Assembly: GCF_037902255.1 (NCBI RefSeq)
Contig: NZ_CP147990.1
Location: 3,450,001 to 3,482,000 of the forward strand
Reading direction: 5' to 3'
DNA: 32,000 bases
From: Candidatus Electrothrix sp. GW3-4
GTDB taxonomy: Bacteria > Desulfobacterota > Desulfobulbia > Desulfobulbales > Desulfobulbaceae
This document shows, piece by piece, positions 14,375 to 23,648 of the stretch. Numbering within the stretch: the first letter of the stretch is position 1; each line of letters begins with the position of its first letter. The position numbers and the translations under genes are program-made. The notes below the pieces were generated by a model that made no database searches, was not told the origin of the DNA, and worked only from the letters and a program-made list of their open reading frames with translations.

Positions 14375-14522
14375 AAAAATATCTGCTATCTCAAAGCAAT
14401 AGTTCTCGGCGTTTTAGATATTTCAGTTTGCGGGGCGGCAAGTACACCATCCAGACAGAATTATTAATGAATTTCCTTTGGATATTGTAATACATCCGAA
14501 TATAAAAAAAAGAAAAACGGTC

Positions 14523-15248
14523 ATGATGCATCCAAAGATACTGTGGACCTACTGTTGTATTCTCTTCATATTTTCCCTTTCCGGTTGTACTACTACCAAA
14601 CCGATCGTAAAAAAACCTGCGCCGATTCCTTCATTACCTGAGCAAATACAGGCTCAACTGCCGAAGGAATATTGTATACAGCCAGGCAATGAATTGCTGA
14701 TCAAGTTTCTTGATAACCCGGAATTAAATGAAAAAGTTACCGTTCGTCCAGATGGACGGATCTCAATACAGCTGGCACATGAGATTATGGTGGCAAACAA
14801 AACCCCTGCTGAGGTAACTGACGAGCTTACCTCAATAATAGAATCAGAGCTAGAAAATCCACACATAACAGTTATTGTGAGTTCTTTCAAGGCACAAAAA
14901 ATCTATGTTGGAGGAGAGGTAACAGAACCACAGGTAGTTGATCTTGAACAGGGCTCAACTGCTCTGCAGGCTATCTTTCAGGCTCGGGGATTTACAAGTA
15001 GCGCTCGAACAAATGAAGTTATCCTCATTCGTCGCCAATCGGATTATACACCAGTTGCCATGACGTTAAATTTATCACATGTCCTTGATGGCACCAACAT
15101 GAAGCAGGATGTTCTCCTAATGCCCCATGATATTATATTTGTGCCGAAAACTCCTATTGCCGATGCAAATCAGTGGGTTGAGCAACATATACGCAACCTT
15201 ATTCCGCTGGAAACGTTGTTTAATGTTTCATACGACTTCTATAAATAA
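14523..15248 (+). CDS. Wza-like outer-membrane polysaccharide export lipoprotein (Poly_export + SLBB)
   Basis: Lipobox LFIFSLSGC. Pattern YCIQPGNELLIKFLDNPELNEKVTVRPDGRISIQLAHEIMVANKTPAEVTDEL...PHITVIVSSFKAQKIYVGGEV..P. The ORF-track start (14478) is TTG, and ATG at 14523 gives a normal-length signal peptide. Confidence 0.88.
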   Translation: MMHPKILWTYCCILFIFSLSGCTTTKPIVKKPAPIPSLPEQIQAQLPKEYCIQPGNELLIKFLDNPELNEKVTVRPDGRISIQLAHEIMVANKTPAEVTDELTSIIESELENPHITVIVSSFKAQKIYVGGEVTEPQVVDLEQGSTALQAIFQARGFTSSARTNEVILIRRQSDYTPVAMTLNLSHVLDGTNMKQDVLLMPHDIIFVPKTPIADANQWVEQHIRNLIPLETLFNVSYDFYK

Positions 15249-15341
15249 TTAAATTTATTTCACATTCTGCACATCTACTTTAGATATATGTATGGGGTCA
15301 CTGTTTAGATATCCTAAACAAAGTTACCCGGAGATAATATT

Positions 15342-16718
15342 ATGGCTGAAACACTTCTGCCTCTCAAGATAATCAGCACGCTCTTTAAACATAAGTTTAA
15401 GATAATATTCACCTTTTTGTCTACGGTTACCACCGTGACAATAGGAACCTATATGGCCAAGCCGACATATGAAACCACTTCGGATTTACTAATCAGATTT
15501 GGAAGAGAATATCTTTATTCCCCGGCTGTAGATGATGACCGGAGTCCTTATAACTATTTCAATGACAAGGGAGTAATAAATACGGAGATTCAAATCATCA
15601 ACAGTTTCGATCTGGTAAAAAATGTTATTACCGAAATTGGTCTTGAAAAAATATATCCCCCTCCTCCGCAAGAACAAGGAGGAATAAAAAAACGTATCTT
15701 CAATTATATTAAAAAAACATTAAAATCTGTAGGGTTAGATTTTTTTTCCGGTAAAGCACCTGAACCTCCAAATGAACAAAACAGACTTGCAAGGGCGGCA
15801 CGACAGATTCGTCAACTGCTTGTTGTTCGAGGGGACCCTGCAGCAAATATCATTCATGTAAGTTTCACCCACAGTAATCCTCAGATTACGGCAGATGTAG
15901 TAAATACTCTCGTAGAATTATACAAGGAAAAGCATTTAGAGACCTTCAGTGAGTCATCAGAAGCCACCGCTTTTTTTAAAAAACAAGTGGATATTTACTA
16001 CAACAAGCTACTGAAATCTCAAAAGGAATTCGAGGGCTTCCAAAAAGAAAACTTGACAATTTCACCAGAAAAACAGCAAGATTTACTCTTAAAACAACGA
16101 GAGAAATTGAAGCTTGATTTTTTTGAAAATGAACTACAAGTCGCTCTAAAGAAGGAACCTTTATTTGCAAATCCGGAACGCAATGAAGTCGTTGCCAAGG
16201 GAAAAAAAGAATTGCTCAGGCTAAAACTCGAGGAGTTGGAATTGTCTGACCGTTACAAAAAAGACACCTCAAAGATTATAACCATACGAAGACAAATTGA
16301 GCTCCTTGAAAATCTTCTCGGCGAAATGCCAGATAAACGAATTATTAAAATCAGGCGGGAAAAGATAAAACAACAACTGAAAAAAGTGGATAAAGAGCTG
16401 CTCAATCTGGTTCTCAACGGGATAGAATACCACAAGTTGAAAGATGAAGTTGAACTGTATTCCGAGCGCTATCAGAACTACAAAAAGACCCTGGATGACT
16501 TCCTGATAAACGACGAAATGGACCGTCACAAGATAAACAATATCAGAGTGATACAAAAGGCCCCTGTTCCGCTTGACCCTATTCTCCCAAGAAAAGAGAT
16601 GAATATTGCTTCAGGTGCAATTCTTGGTGTTATTTTAGGCGCATGCATTGCATTATGTGCTGAATACTTGAGCAAAAAGAGCATCAACCTGAAAAACAAT
16701 CAATTGGAAATAACCTAA
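15342..16718 (+). CDS. Polysaccharide chain-length determinant (Wzz/GumC-type PCP) without a tyrosine-kinase domain
   Basis: GGAG lies 9 nt upstream. The N-terminal TM is followed by KPTYETTSDLLI (Wzz motif), then a long coiled-coil periplasmic region and a C-terminal TM (IASGAILGVILGACIALCAEYL). No Walker A/B or Tyr-rich tail is present. Confidence 0.85.
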   Translation: MAETLLPLKIISTLFKHKFKIIFTFLSTVTTVTIGTYMAKPTYETTSDLLIRFGREYLYSPAVDDDRSPYNYFNDKGVINTEIQIINSFDLVKNVITEIGLEKIYPPPPQEQGGIKKRIFNYIKKTLKSVGLDFFSGKAPEPPNEQNRLARAARQIRQLLVVRGDPAANIIHVSFTHSNPQITADVVNTLVELYKEKHLETFSESSEATAFFKKQVDIYYNKLLKSQKEFEGFQKENLTISPEKQQDLLLKQREKLKLDFFENELQVALKKEPLFANPERNEVVAKGKKELLRLKLEELELSDRYKKDTSKIITIRRQIELLENLLGEMPDKRIIKIRREKIKQQLKKVDKELLNLVLNGIEYHKLKDEVELYSERYQNYKKTLDDFLINDEMDRHKINNIRVIQKAPVPLDPILPRKEMNIASGAILGVILGACIALCAEYLSKKSINLKNNQLEIT

Positions 16719-16846
16719 CGCGGGCCTTGCCCGCAACCCAACCCCTGAACTCTAAGTGCTGTTCTAAATGCAATCGCTTATTATTTTGAATAAAACAGCC
16801 TGTTCATTTTCTTATTTTTTATGACAGGAGTTCAGGAGTAAGGCCC
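16715..16846 (+). repeat. 132-nt intergenic element, copy 2
   Basis: It matches 10883-11014 at 117/132 positions. It begins inside the last sense codon and stop codon of the chain-length determinant (TAA 16716-16718). It lies 167 nt upstream of the GNAT gene ATG. Confidence 0.75.
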
Positions 16847-17013
16847 TAATAAAAACACTTCGAGTAGTGGTTTTCGTGGCAACAGCTGTTCATAACCCTT
16901 TTTATATTGTTACCAAAGGTATTTTTAGTCTCTAATAAATCTTCATCCGGTGCCAGAGCATTTAGTGCCTTACACCTTTACCTGTCGGTATTTACACATT
17001 TCAATAATGAGCC

Positions 17014-18138
17014 ATGCATACAAAACTAGTAACTGATATAAATAGTTTTTTAGAGATAAAACATGATTGGAATCAGCTCTTGTTATCCAGCTCAAGCAGC
17101 TCTCTACCTCTCAGCCACGAATGGTTGATGAGCTGGTGGCAAACATTCGGCGACAATAAAACACTTCATATCATCTGCGTATACGAGGACCACAAACTGT
17201 TAGCTGTAGCTCCCTTTATGAAGGAAAAAATCAGGTATCGGGGCATACCTATCGTTTGTTTGCGCTTGATGACCAACGATCATACGCCCTTTTCTGACGT
17301 GGTAATCCACAATGAGGCAGGAGATGAACAAAAAAAACAAATAGTGAATCTGATTATAAACAGTAACACTACAGACATATTAATACTGAGCAAAATCCAA
17401 CAAGATGTTTTTAGCTACCAGCAAATCTTATCGAAAAAGAGAATTGCTGGGCACTGCTATGGGGTAAAGACGAGGGAGATAACTCCTGTGATCCGAACCG
17501 ATGGAAGCTGGGATGACTTTTTAAAATCAACCTCTCGTAACTTCAGAAAAAATTTAAATAACAAGTTTAATCGATTCAAAAAACATACTGACTTCACAAT
17601 AGATTGTCTGAAGGTTGTCTCAACATCAGATCCGGTATTGGATGAAATGATGCAGATCTCAAAAAATAGTTGGAAGACAAGTGTTCATAATGATCTCTGT
17701 TCTAGGCCGTCAAACAAGGCGTTTCTGTATAACCTGATCGATAAATTTGGCCGGGCAGGCTCAGTTCATCTGTGGCTCATGAGAAAGGCGGGAGAACCAG
17801 TAGCATTTGAATTTCACCTCAATTACCAAGGGATAGCATATCCCCTTCGAGCAGACTTTGATGAACATTACAGAAAATTTTCACCAGGATCAATACTTGA
17901 ATATACGGTATTAAAAGAACTGTTTGAAACAAAAAAAACATATAAATATCACAGCTGTGCAGACAACTATTGGTATCTGAAAAGATGGCCATGCGAACTG
18001 CGAACACACTTTGATATTGAAATTTTTTCCAAAACTATGAAGTCACGATTTCTCTACCTGCTCGAATATGGCCTTATCCCTGTAGCTCGAGTAATTCGAG
18101 ATACGATAAGGAAAAAAAACCAGGAGCAATCTTCTTAA
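17014..18138 (+). CDS. CelD/BioF2-like GNAT-fold acyltransferase (Acetyltransf_6 type)
   Basis: The N-terminal W..LL.....LPLSHEWLMSWWQTFG pattern, the ~370 aa length and the C-terminal FSPGSILEYTVLKELFE are typical of CelD-like or FemAB-like EPS-locus proteins. Confidence 0.7.
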   Translation: MHTKLVTDINSFLEIKHDWNQLLLSSSSSSLPLSHEWLMSWWQTFGDNKTLHIICVYEDHKLLAVAPFMKEKIRYRGIPIVCLRLMTNDHTPFSDVVIHNEAGDEQKKQIVNLIINSNTTDILILSKIQQDVFSYQQILSKKRIAGHCYGVKTREITPVIRTDGSWDDFLKSTSRNFRKNLNNKFNRFKKHTDFTIDCLKVVSTSDPVLDEMMQISKNSWKTSVHNDLCSRPSNKAFLYNLIDKFGRAGSVHLWLMRKAGEPVAFEFHLNYQGIAYPLRADFDEHYRKFSPGSILEYTVLKELFETKKTYKYHSCADNYWYLKRWPCELRTHFDIEIFSKTMKSRFLYLLEYGLIPVARVIRDTIRKKNQEQSS

Positions 18139-18187
18139 AAAAAGGGGAGAAGACCGCCCATTTCCGCATAATTCACCCCAAAAATCG

Positions 18188-19648
18188 ATGAATTTATTAG
18201 AAAAGACGTTGAAAAGAATTAACTCAACACCATTCTTTATTATACTAGCCCTGTTCACCGGCATCACTGCGGGGTTCGTTCAACTGCAGCTCCCTCACCC
18301 CTTACTTCTGGTTATTCTTTTCATTGGCCTAGCAGTGGCCTTGTGCCTGTTCATGAAACCTGAGTGGGGCTTGCTGTTCATGATCTTCATGATCTACACC
18401 AAACTTTCCTATGTCCTTATAAACTATCACGGTTTACCTTCTATTGGCAAGCCAGTAGTTCTCTTAATGCTTCTCATTATCTTAGCCCGCTGGATATGGT
18501 TTGGCGAGAAGCCGGAAAATTGGCTCCCTGCAACCTTTATTCTTGGTGGTTACGCATTCCTCGCTATATATTCAGGAACCTACGCCCCAGATCTAGACCT
18601 TGTCCAGGAGGCACTGGGGGACTTTGTAAAGGATGCCGTGATCTTATATATCATTGCGACCCAGATCAAAAATAGATCTACATTTCGGCGTGTTATATGG
18701 ATACTATTACTCGGCGGGGCATTTCTGGGTACCATTAGCACATATCAATATCTTACCGGTACGTTTGAAAATGACTATTGGGGATTTGGTCAGGCCTCAA
18801 TCGAGAACATTGTCAGTGATACAGAAGAAGATGATTATCGAATCGGGGGACCGGGATTTGGGCCCAATTATTACGGCATTATTTTACTGCTGGTTGTGCC
18901 CTTGGCCCTAGATCGAATCTGGAGTGAAAAGAAAAGAATTTATCGAATGATAGCCGGTTGGACCTTTTTCGTCACCGTACTTTCAATTTTCGTAACATTC
19001 TCCCGCACTGCCTTCCTGGGACTTGTCGCTGTTCTTGGTTTTTTGTTTATCCGTCGTCCACCCAAACCATCAGCACTGATATTTACTATTATTATCCTAG
19101 GAGTTTCAACCTTATACATGCCAGCTAAATTTACCAACCGTCTTAAAGAGCTTGGAAAATTCCTGCCGGGCGCCTCAAGCGCCGATGTGGCGTCAGATGC
19201 ATCGTTTAGCGGACGCTTGAGTGAAAATATTTCTGCAATCCAAATGTTTAATGATCATCCCGTCCGTGGCGTCGGCCTAGGTAATTACGAACACTACTAT
19301 CAGAGTTATGCTCAGTACTTGGGTTTGGATTCACGTCGGGAAGTCCGTGCAGCACATAGCCTGTACCTGGAAAATATCTCCGAACTGGGGGTGTTGGGTC
19401 TTTGCTGGTTATTAGGATTGCAATGGCTCACGTTTACTGGCTTATTTCAAGCGGATAAGAATTTTCGAGCAGCAGGAAAACCAGAAGACGCCTATATTTG
19501 TTACGCCATTGAGGCTACGATAATTGGCTTTCTGGTTACCGGTATTTTTACCCATTTGGCGCATCCCCGTTTTTTTTGGATGCTGTACGGCATAGCACTG
19601 TCAGTACCCAATGTTGCCAGAAAGGAGTTGGCGGCTAGCACCGGGTGA
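18188..19648 (+). CDS. O-antigen ligase / Wzy-like polymerase family membrane protein
   Basis: About 10-12 TM helices. Wzy_C-type motifs are FSRTAFLGLVAVLGFLF, GVGLGNYEHYY and AHSLYLENISELGVLGL. Confidence 0.85.
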   Translation: MNLLEKTLKRINSTPFFIILALFTGITAGFVQLQLPHPLLLVILFIGLAVALCLFMKPEWGLLFMIFMIYTKLSYVLINYHGLPSIGKPVVLLMLLIILARWIWFGEKPENWLPATFILGGYAFLAIYSGTYAPDLDLVQEALGDFVKDAVILYIIATQIKNRSTFRRVIWILLLGGAFLGTISTYQYLTGTFENDYWGFGQASIENIVSDTEEDDYRIGGPGFGPNYYGIILLLVVPLALDRIWSEKKRIYRMIAGWTFFVTVLSIFVTFSRTAFLGLVAVLGFLFIRRPPKPSALIFTIIILGVSTLYMPAKFTNRLKELGKFLPGASSADVASDASFSGRLSENISAIQMFNDHPVRGVGLGNYEHYYQSYAQYLGLDSRREVRAAHSLYLENISELGVLGLCWLLGLQWLTFTGLFQADKNFRAAGKPEDAYICYAIEATIIGFLVTGIFTHLAHPRFFWMLYGIALSVPNVARKELAASTG

Positions 19649-19690
19649 GAAATATGCACTTTTTTCCTTACAAACACATAGGTGAGAGAC

Positions 19691-20839
19691 ATGGGGAATA
19701 CAATGGTCTGGTTGCTGTTTTGGGTCTCCTTTGGACTACTTCTCTATAGTTTTATCGGCTTCCCTCTGCTTGTGTTTTTACGGGGCACACTAGCCCATTC
19801 AACCGAGTATCCCCCTTACACGCCAACACTAACCTTGATTATAGCCGCCTATAATGAGGCTCCGGTAATCCGACAAAAATTGGAGAACACGTTTAGCCTG
19901 GACTATCCATCCGACAGCCTTGAAGTCGTGGTTGCTTCAGATGGGTCCGACGACGAAACCGTTGCATTGGTGCAACAGTACCAGGATCCACGAGTGAAGC
20001 TGTTATCGTTGCCTCGGCAGGGGAAAAATTTGACTCTTAACGCTGCAGTTGAGACGGCATCAGGGGAAATACTGGTTTTTACAGATGCAGATACCATGAT
20101 AGCACCTGATGCGCTACGGCACCTGACCGCCCCTTTCAGCGATCCGAAGATCGGCGGTGTGGCCGGTGACTACCGCCATGCGGCAAAAAAGGCTGAGGCT
20201 GCCGGTGAGCGCAACTTCTGGAGTTTTGAACGGCTGCTGAAGCGCCTGCAAAGTCGGGCAGGAAGTATCACGTCTGCCTGGGGACCGATTTATGCTATTC
20301 GAAAATCTTTATTTGTACCAATACCCATTGGAGTAACGGACGATTTTTTTATATCCGTTCAGTCTCTGGTCGCACATCAACGGCTTATATTTGAGCCACA
20401 GGCAGTTGCAACTGGCCCTGTGGCGAATTCTGCCGGGGCTGAATTTCAACGGAAGGTACGTATTATCACCGCGGGATTGCGCGCTGTCTGGCAAACACGA
20501 ACGCTCCTGAATCCTTTCAAATACGGATTTTTATCTCTCCAGATTTTTTCACATAAAGTACTCCGCAGGCTCATGGGGTTTCCCCTATTGATACTGATGA
20601 TAACCGCACCGATGCTATGGACGGCAGGCTGGTTTTACCAAATAATGACTCTTTGCCAAATTGGTCTCCACGGGGCAGCCATGTTTGGTTTTCTACTGCA
20701 GAGGAGGCCAATTGGACAAAGTAAAGTACTCAGGCTCCCATTTTTTCTGGATTTGGTCTATGTCGCCGCAGCGTTCGCATTGTTTAACTTATTTCGGGGT
20801 ACTCGCCACGATATTTGGGTCCCCCAACATAACCAATAA
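19691..20839 (+). CDS. Family-2 glycosyltransferase with synthase-like topology (N-terminal TM, GT2 core, C-terminal TM bundle)
   Basis: Motifs are LTLIIAAYNE, VVASDGSDDET, VFTDADT, GVTDDFFIS (TED-like) and EFQRKVRI (QxxRW-like with W replaced). Three to four C-terminal TM helices follow. The start could be GTG 19682, ATG 19691 or ATG 19703. Confidence 0.85.
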   Translation: MGNTMVWLLFWVSFGLLLYSFIGFPLLVFLRGTLAHSTEYPPYTPTLTLIIAAYNEAPVIRQKLENTFSLDYPSDSLEVVVASDGSDDETVALVQQYQDPRVKLLSLPRQGKNLTLNAAVETASGEILVFTDADTMIAPDALRHLTAPFSDPKIGGVAGDYRHAAKKAEAAGERNFWSFERLLKRLQSRAGSITSAWGPIYAIRKSLFVPIPIGVTDDFFISVQSLVAHQRLIFEPQAVATGPVANSAGAEFQRKVRIITAGLRAVWQTRTLLNPFKYGFLSLQIFSHKVLRRLMGFPLLILMITAPMLWTAGWFYQIMTLCQIGLHGAAMFGFLLQRRPIGQSKVLRLPFFLDLVYVAAAFALFNLFRGTRHDIWVPQHNQ

Positions 20840-20932
20840 ACGGCCTGCCCCAATGGGCGAGATCTTCCCCTCAGAGCTTCGCAACGAACACTGTTCGTTT
20901 ATCGATCCTGCTGCACGGTCTGAAAAAATATT

Positions 20933-22399
20933 ATGAACAACAGTAGCTCAAAAATAGCCAAGGCAACCATTTTTGGTACACTCTGGGCCTATGCGTCCAC
21001 CTACAGCAGCAAGCTGATGGTTTTGGTCAGCACCACCATCTTGGCACGTCTTCTTGCCCAGGAGGATTTTGGTATTGTCGGTTATGCGTTGGTCATAATG
21101 GGATACCTGGATATTATCAACGGACTCGGGATCGGCCCCGCTCTGATTTATTATCCCAGGGATGATGAACGAACCAATATGGCCTTTTGGCTTGGTCTAG
21201 CCGTCGGCATAACCCTCTTTGCAATGGCGTGGTTTTTGGCACCGCTTGCCGGGGAGTATTTTAACGATGCTCGCGCGGTTCCGGTCACCCGGGTTCTCGC
21301 CCTGAGCTTCCCTCTTTCCGCCTTGAGCCTTGTACATGAATTTCTTTTACGCAAGGAGCTCGCCTTCAAACGAAAGGCTGTAGCGGATTTTGTCCGTGCC
21401 ATGGGGAAAGGCATTATCTCCATTGTGCTGGCACTCCTCGGCTTTGGCGTGTGGAGTTTAGTTATCGGCCAGCTTATGGGCGTAGTGTTTTCAGTCCTTG
21501 CCTACTGGAAGGTGATGCCTTGGTATCCTTCGTGCCACTTGAATTTCAGCCACACCCGTTCGTTACTCACATACGGTTTGAATATCGTCTCTGTGAGAGC
21601 ATTGAGTGTCGTATCGCTGAATACGGATTTTCTGCTGGTGGGACGTTATCTGGGGGCAGCCTTACTGGGGACCTATAGCTTGGCGTTTCGCATCCCGGAA
21701 ATGATTATCGGCCAATTCGCTGATATCATAGGGCAGGTTCTTTTTCCTGCCTACTCGAAGATGGGCTATGACTCTGAGACATATCAAAAAGGTGTCGTTA
21801 TGACCATCCGCTACGTATCGCTAGTCACCGTCCCCGTAGGACTTGGCCTTGCCTTGGTCGCACGGCCTTTCGTCTTAACCCTGTTTACAGAAAAATGGGA
21901 GAATGCCATTCCGGTATTGGTCGCCATCTCCCTGGCCATGGTCCTGGACACGCTAACCTATAACTTTGGAGACGTGTACAAGGCCTTGGGACGCCCAAAT
22001 ATTCTGACCAAACTGGCCATAGTTCGTGTTATTATTTTATTGCCAGCGCTGTGGTGGGCTGTCACTGGTCCAGGTACACTCATTGCTGTGAGTAAAGTCG
22101 TTGTCGGTGTCAGCGTCATAGAAATGGTGACCTCATTTTTGGTCGGCCGATGGATTCTTCACATATCATTACCTATGATCCTCAGGGCGCTGCGTCCCAC
22201 CGCTATCGGCAGTTCAGGAATGACATTAATCGTACTAGGGGTACTTGCTCTTTGTGCCGATACCACGCCAGCAATTCAATTAGTGCTGGCTGTCCTAGCC
22301 GGAGGAACAGCATACCTGTCCATTATGTGGTTTTTTGAAAATAAAGTTATCGTCACTGCTGTAACGACCCTGCGCAAAGGGATAGCACAAAGGAGCTGA
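20933..22399 (+). CDS. Wzx-type polysaccharide flippase (MOP/PST family)
   Basis: About 12-14 TM helices. The N-terminal LVSTTILARLLAQEDFGIVGYALVIMGYLDIINGLGIGPALIYY is typical of the PST family. Confidence 0.88.
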   Translation: MNNSSSKIAKATIFGTLWAYASTYSSKLMVLVSTTILARLLAQEDFGIVGYALVIMGYLDIINGLGIGPALIYYPRDDERTNMAFWLGLAVGITLFAMAWFLAPLAGEYFNDARAVPVTRVLALSFPLSALSLVHEFLLRKELAFKRKAVADFVRAMGKGIISIVLALLGFGVWSLVIGQLMGVVFSVLAYWKVMPWYPSCHLNFSHTRSLLTYGLNIVSVRALSVVSLNTDFLLVGRYLGAALLGTYSLAFRIPEMIIGQFADIIGQVLFPAYSKMGYDSETYQKGVVMTIRYVSLVTVPVGLGLALVARPFVLTLFTEKWENAIPVLVAISLAMVLDTLTYNFGDVYKALGRPNILTKLAIVRVIILLPALWWAVTGPGTLIAVSKVVVGVSVIEMVTSFLVGRWILHISLPMILRALRPTAIGSSGMTLIVLGVLALCADTTPAIQLVLAVLAGGTAYLSIMWFFENKVIVTAVTTLRKGIAQRS

Positions 22400-22402
22400 A
22401 AA

Positions 22403-23524
22403 ATGCGCGTTGCTCATATGATAGACAATTTATATTTTGGTGGCGCTCAGACCCTGCTGGTGACGTTTGCTCGTGCCATTCGTGAACAGCCACGAATCAG
22501 CCTGACTATCATCAGCTTACGAAAGTATGACAAAAAGACTCCCATCGAAGAAAGTCTGAGAGGGCTTGGCGTCCGAGTCGTCTTCATATCTGCAAAAAAA
22601 CTATGGGATCCTTTTCGGCTATGGCGACTGATCCGCTTTCTCCACCGCGAACAATTTGACGTAATCCATACCCATTTATCCTGTGCAAATATTCTTGGCT
22701 CCATCAGCGGACGCATCGGAGGAATTCCCGTTATTGCGTCAATTCACAACTTGGGTGAGGACGAATGGGGGCGATTTTCTAATATCCGTCGAGGGTTGGA
22801 AACATTTGCATTACGCCATTTGGTTCACTCTGTGATGGCTGTGGGTCATACTACAGCTGAGGTACACCGAAAACGATTGGGGAAAAAGTCGATTATTCCA
22901 GTACCGAACGCCACTGAACTGATACCGCCCCTGCCTTCTGACGAATCCGTTCTGGTCAGGATGGAGCTTACAGGTGACGCATCCATCCCTGTGTTGCTAT
23001 CTGGAGGACGCCTAGTGGAGGAAAAAGGATACGGTGATCTACTGACAGCTTTTGCCGAGGTTCATCAGGCTCATCCGGCGGCGACCTTAGTCATTGCCGG
23101 TGAAGGGCCGTTGCAAAGTATGCTTGAGGAACAGGTAACTTCGCTTAACCTCCAGGGATGTGTAAGGCTTTTAGGTGCACGTCGGGATATGCCCCGATTA
23201 CTTGCCTCTTCAGATATCTATCTCAGTTCTTCTCATTCAGAGGGGTTATCCATTGCCATTCTGGAGGCCATGGCAGCGGGTTTACCTGTTGTGGCCACCA
23301 ATGTGGGGGACACAGCCCGCGTTGTCGTCAAGGGAACCGGCTTGATTGTACCGCCCCATGAACCTTCCCAGCTGGCGGATGCCATATGTTTACTCTTAGA
23401 CGAGCCGGATCGTCAAAAATCTTTTGGTTCCGCAGCGCGAACTTTTATAAAAAACAACTATAATCCGGCAGACTGGGCAAACACCATTTATGAACTGTAT
23501 CTATCTGCTTCGAAACAAGTATGA
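22403..23524 (+). CDS. GT4-family (GT-B fold) glycosyltransferase
   Basis: AGGAG lies 8 nt upstream. The N-terminus is FGGAQTLLV. The C-terminal signature is SSSHSEGLSIAILEAMAAGLPVVATNVGD. Confidence 0.9.
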   Translation: MRVAHMIDNLYFGGAQTLLVTFARAIREQPRISLTIISLRKYDKKTPIEESLRGLGVRVVFISAKKLWDPFRLWRLIRFLHREQFDVIHTHLSCANILGSISGRIGGIPVIASIHNLGEDEWGRFSNIRRGLETFALRHLVHSVMAVGHTTAEVHRKRLGKKSIIPVPNATELIPPLPSDESVLVRMELTGDASIPVLLSGGRLVEEKGYGDLLTAFAEVHQAHPAATLVIAGEGPLQSMLEEQVTSLNLQGCVRLLGARRDMPRLLASSDIYLSSSHSEGLSIAILEAMAAGLPVVATNVGDTARVVVKGTGLIVPPHEPSQLADAICLLLDEPDRQKSFGSAARTFIKNNYNPADWANTIYELYLSASKQV

Positions 23525-23648
23525 TATAAGAGCAACTTACGGCTTGCTCAATGCGACATAAATAACCTCCCCCATTCTCTGGGAGCAAAAAAACACATAT
23601 TTTATATACGATTAACATAAGCAATAACTCTTCAGGATATTGGTCATC

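Noticed and set aside
14403-14415. The exact 13-mer TTCTCGGCGTTTT is shared by the regions upstream of the Wza-like gene (14403-14415) and the beta-helix gene (26048-26060).
   Set aside because: Several exact 13-mer matches are expected by chance in 32 kb (about 5x10^8 position pairs against 4^13). The flanks do not align. Only the 26-kb copy sits in a convincing -35/-10 context.
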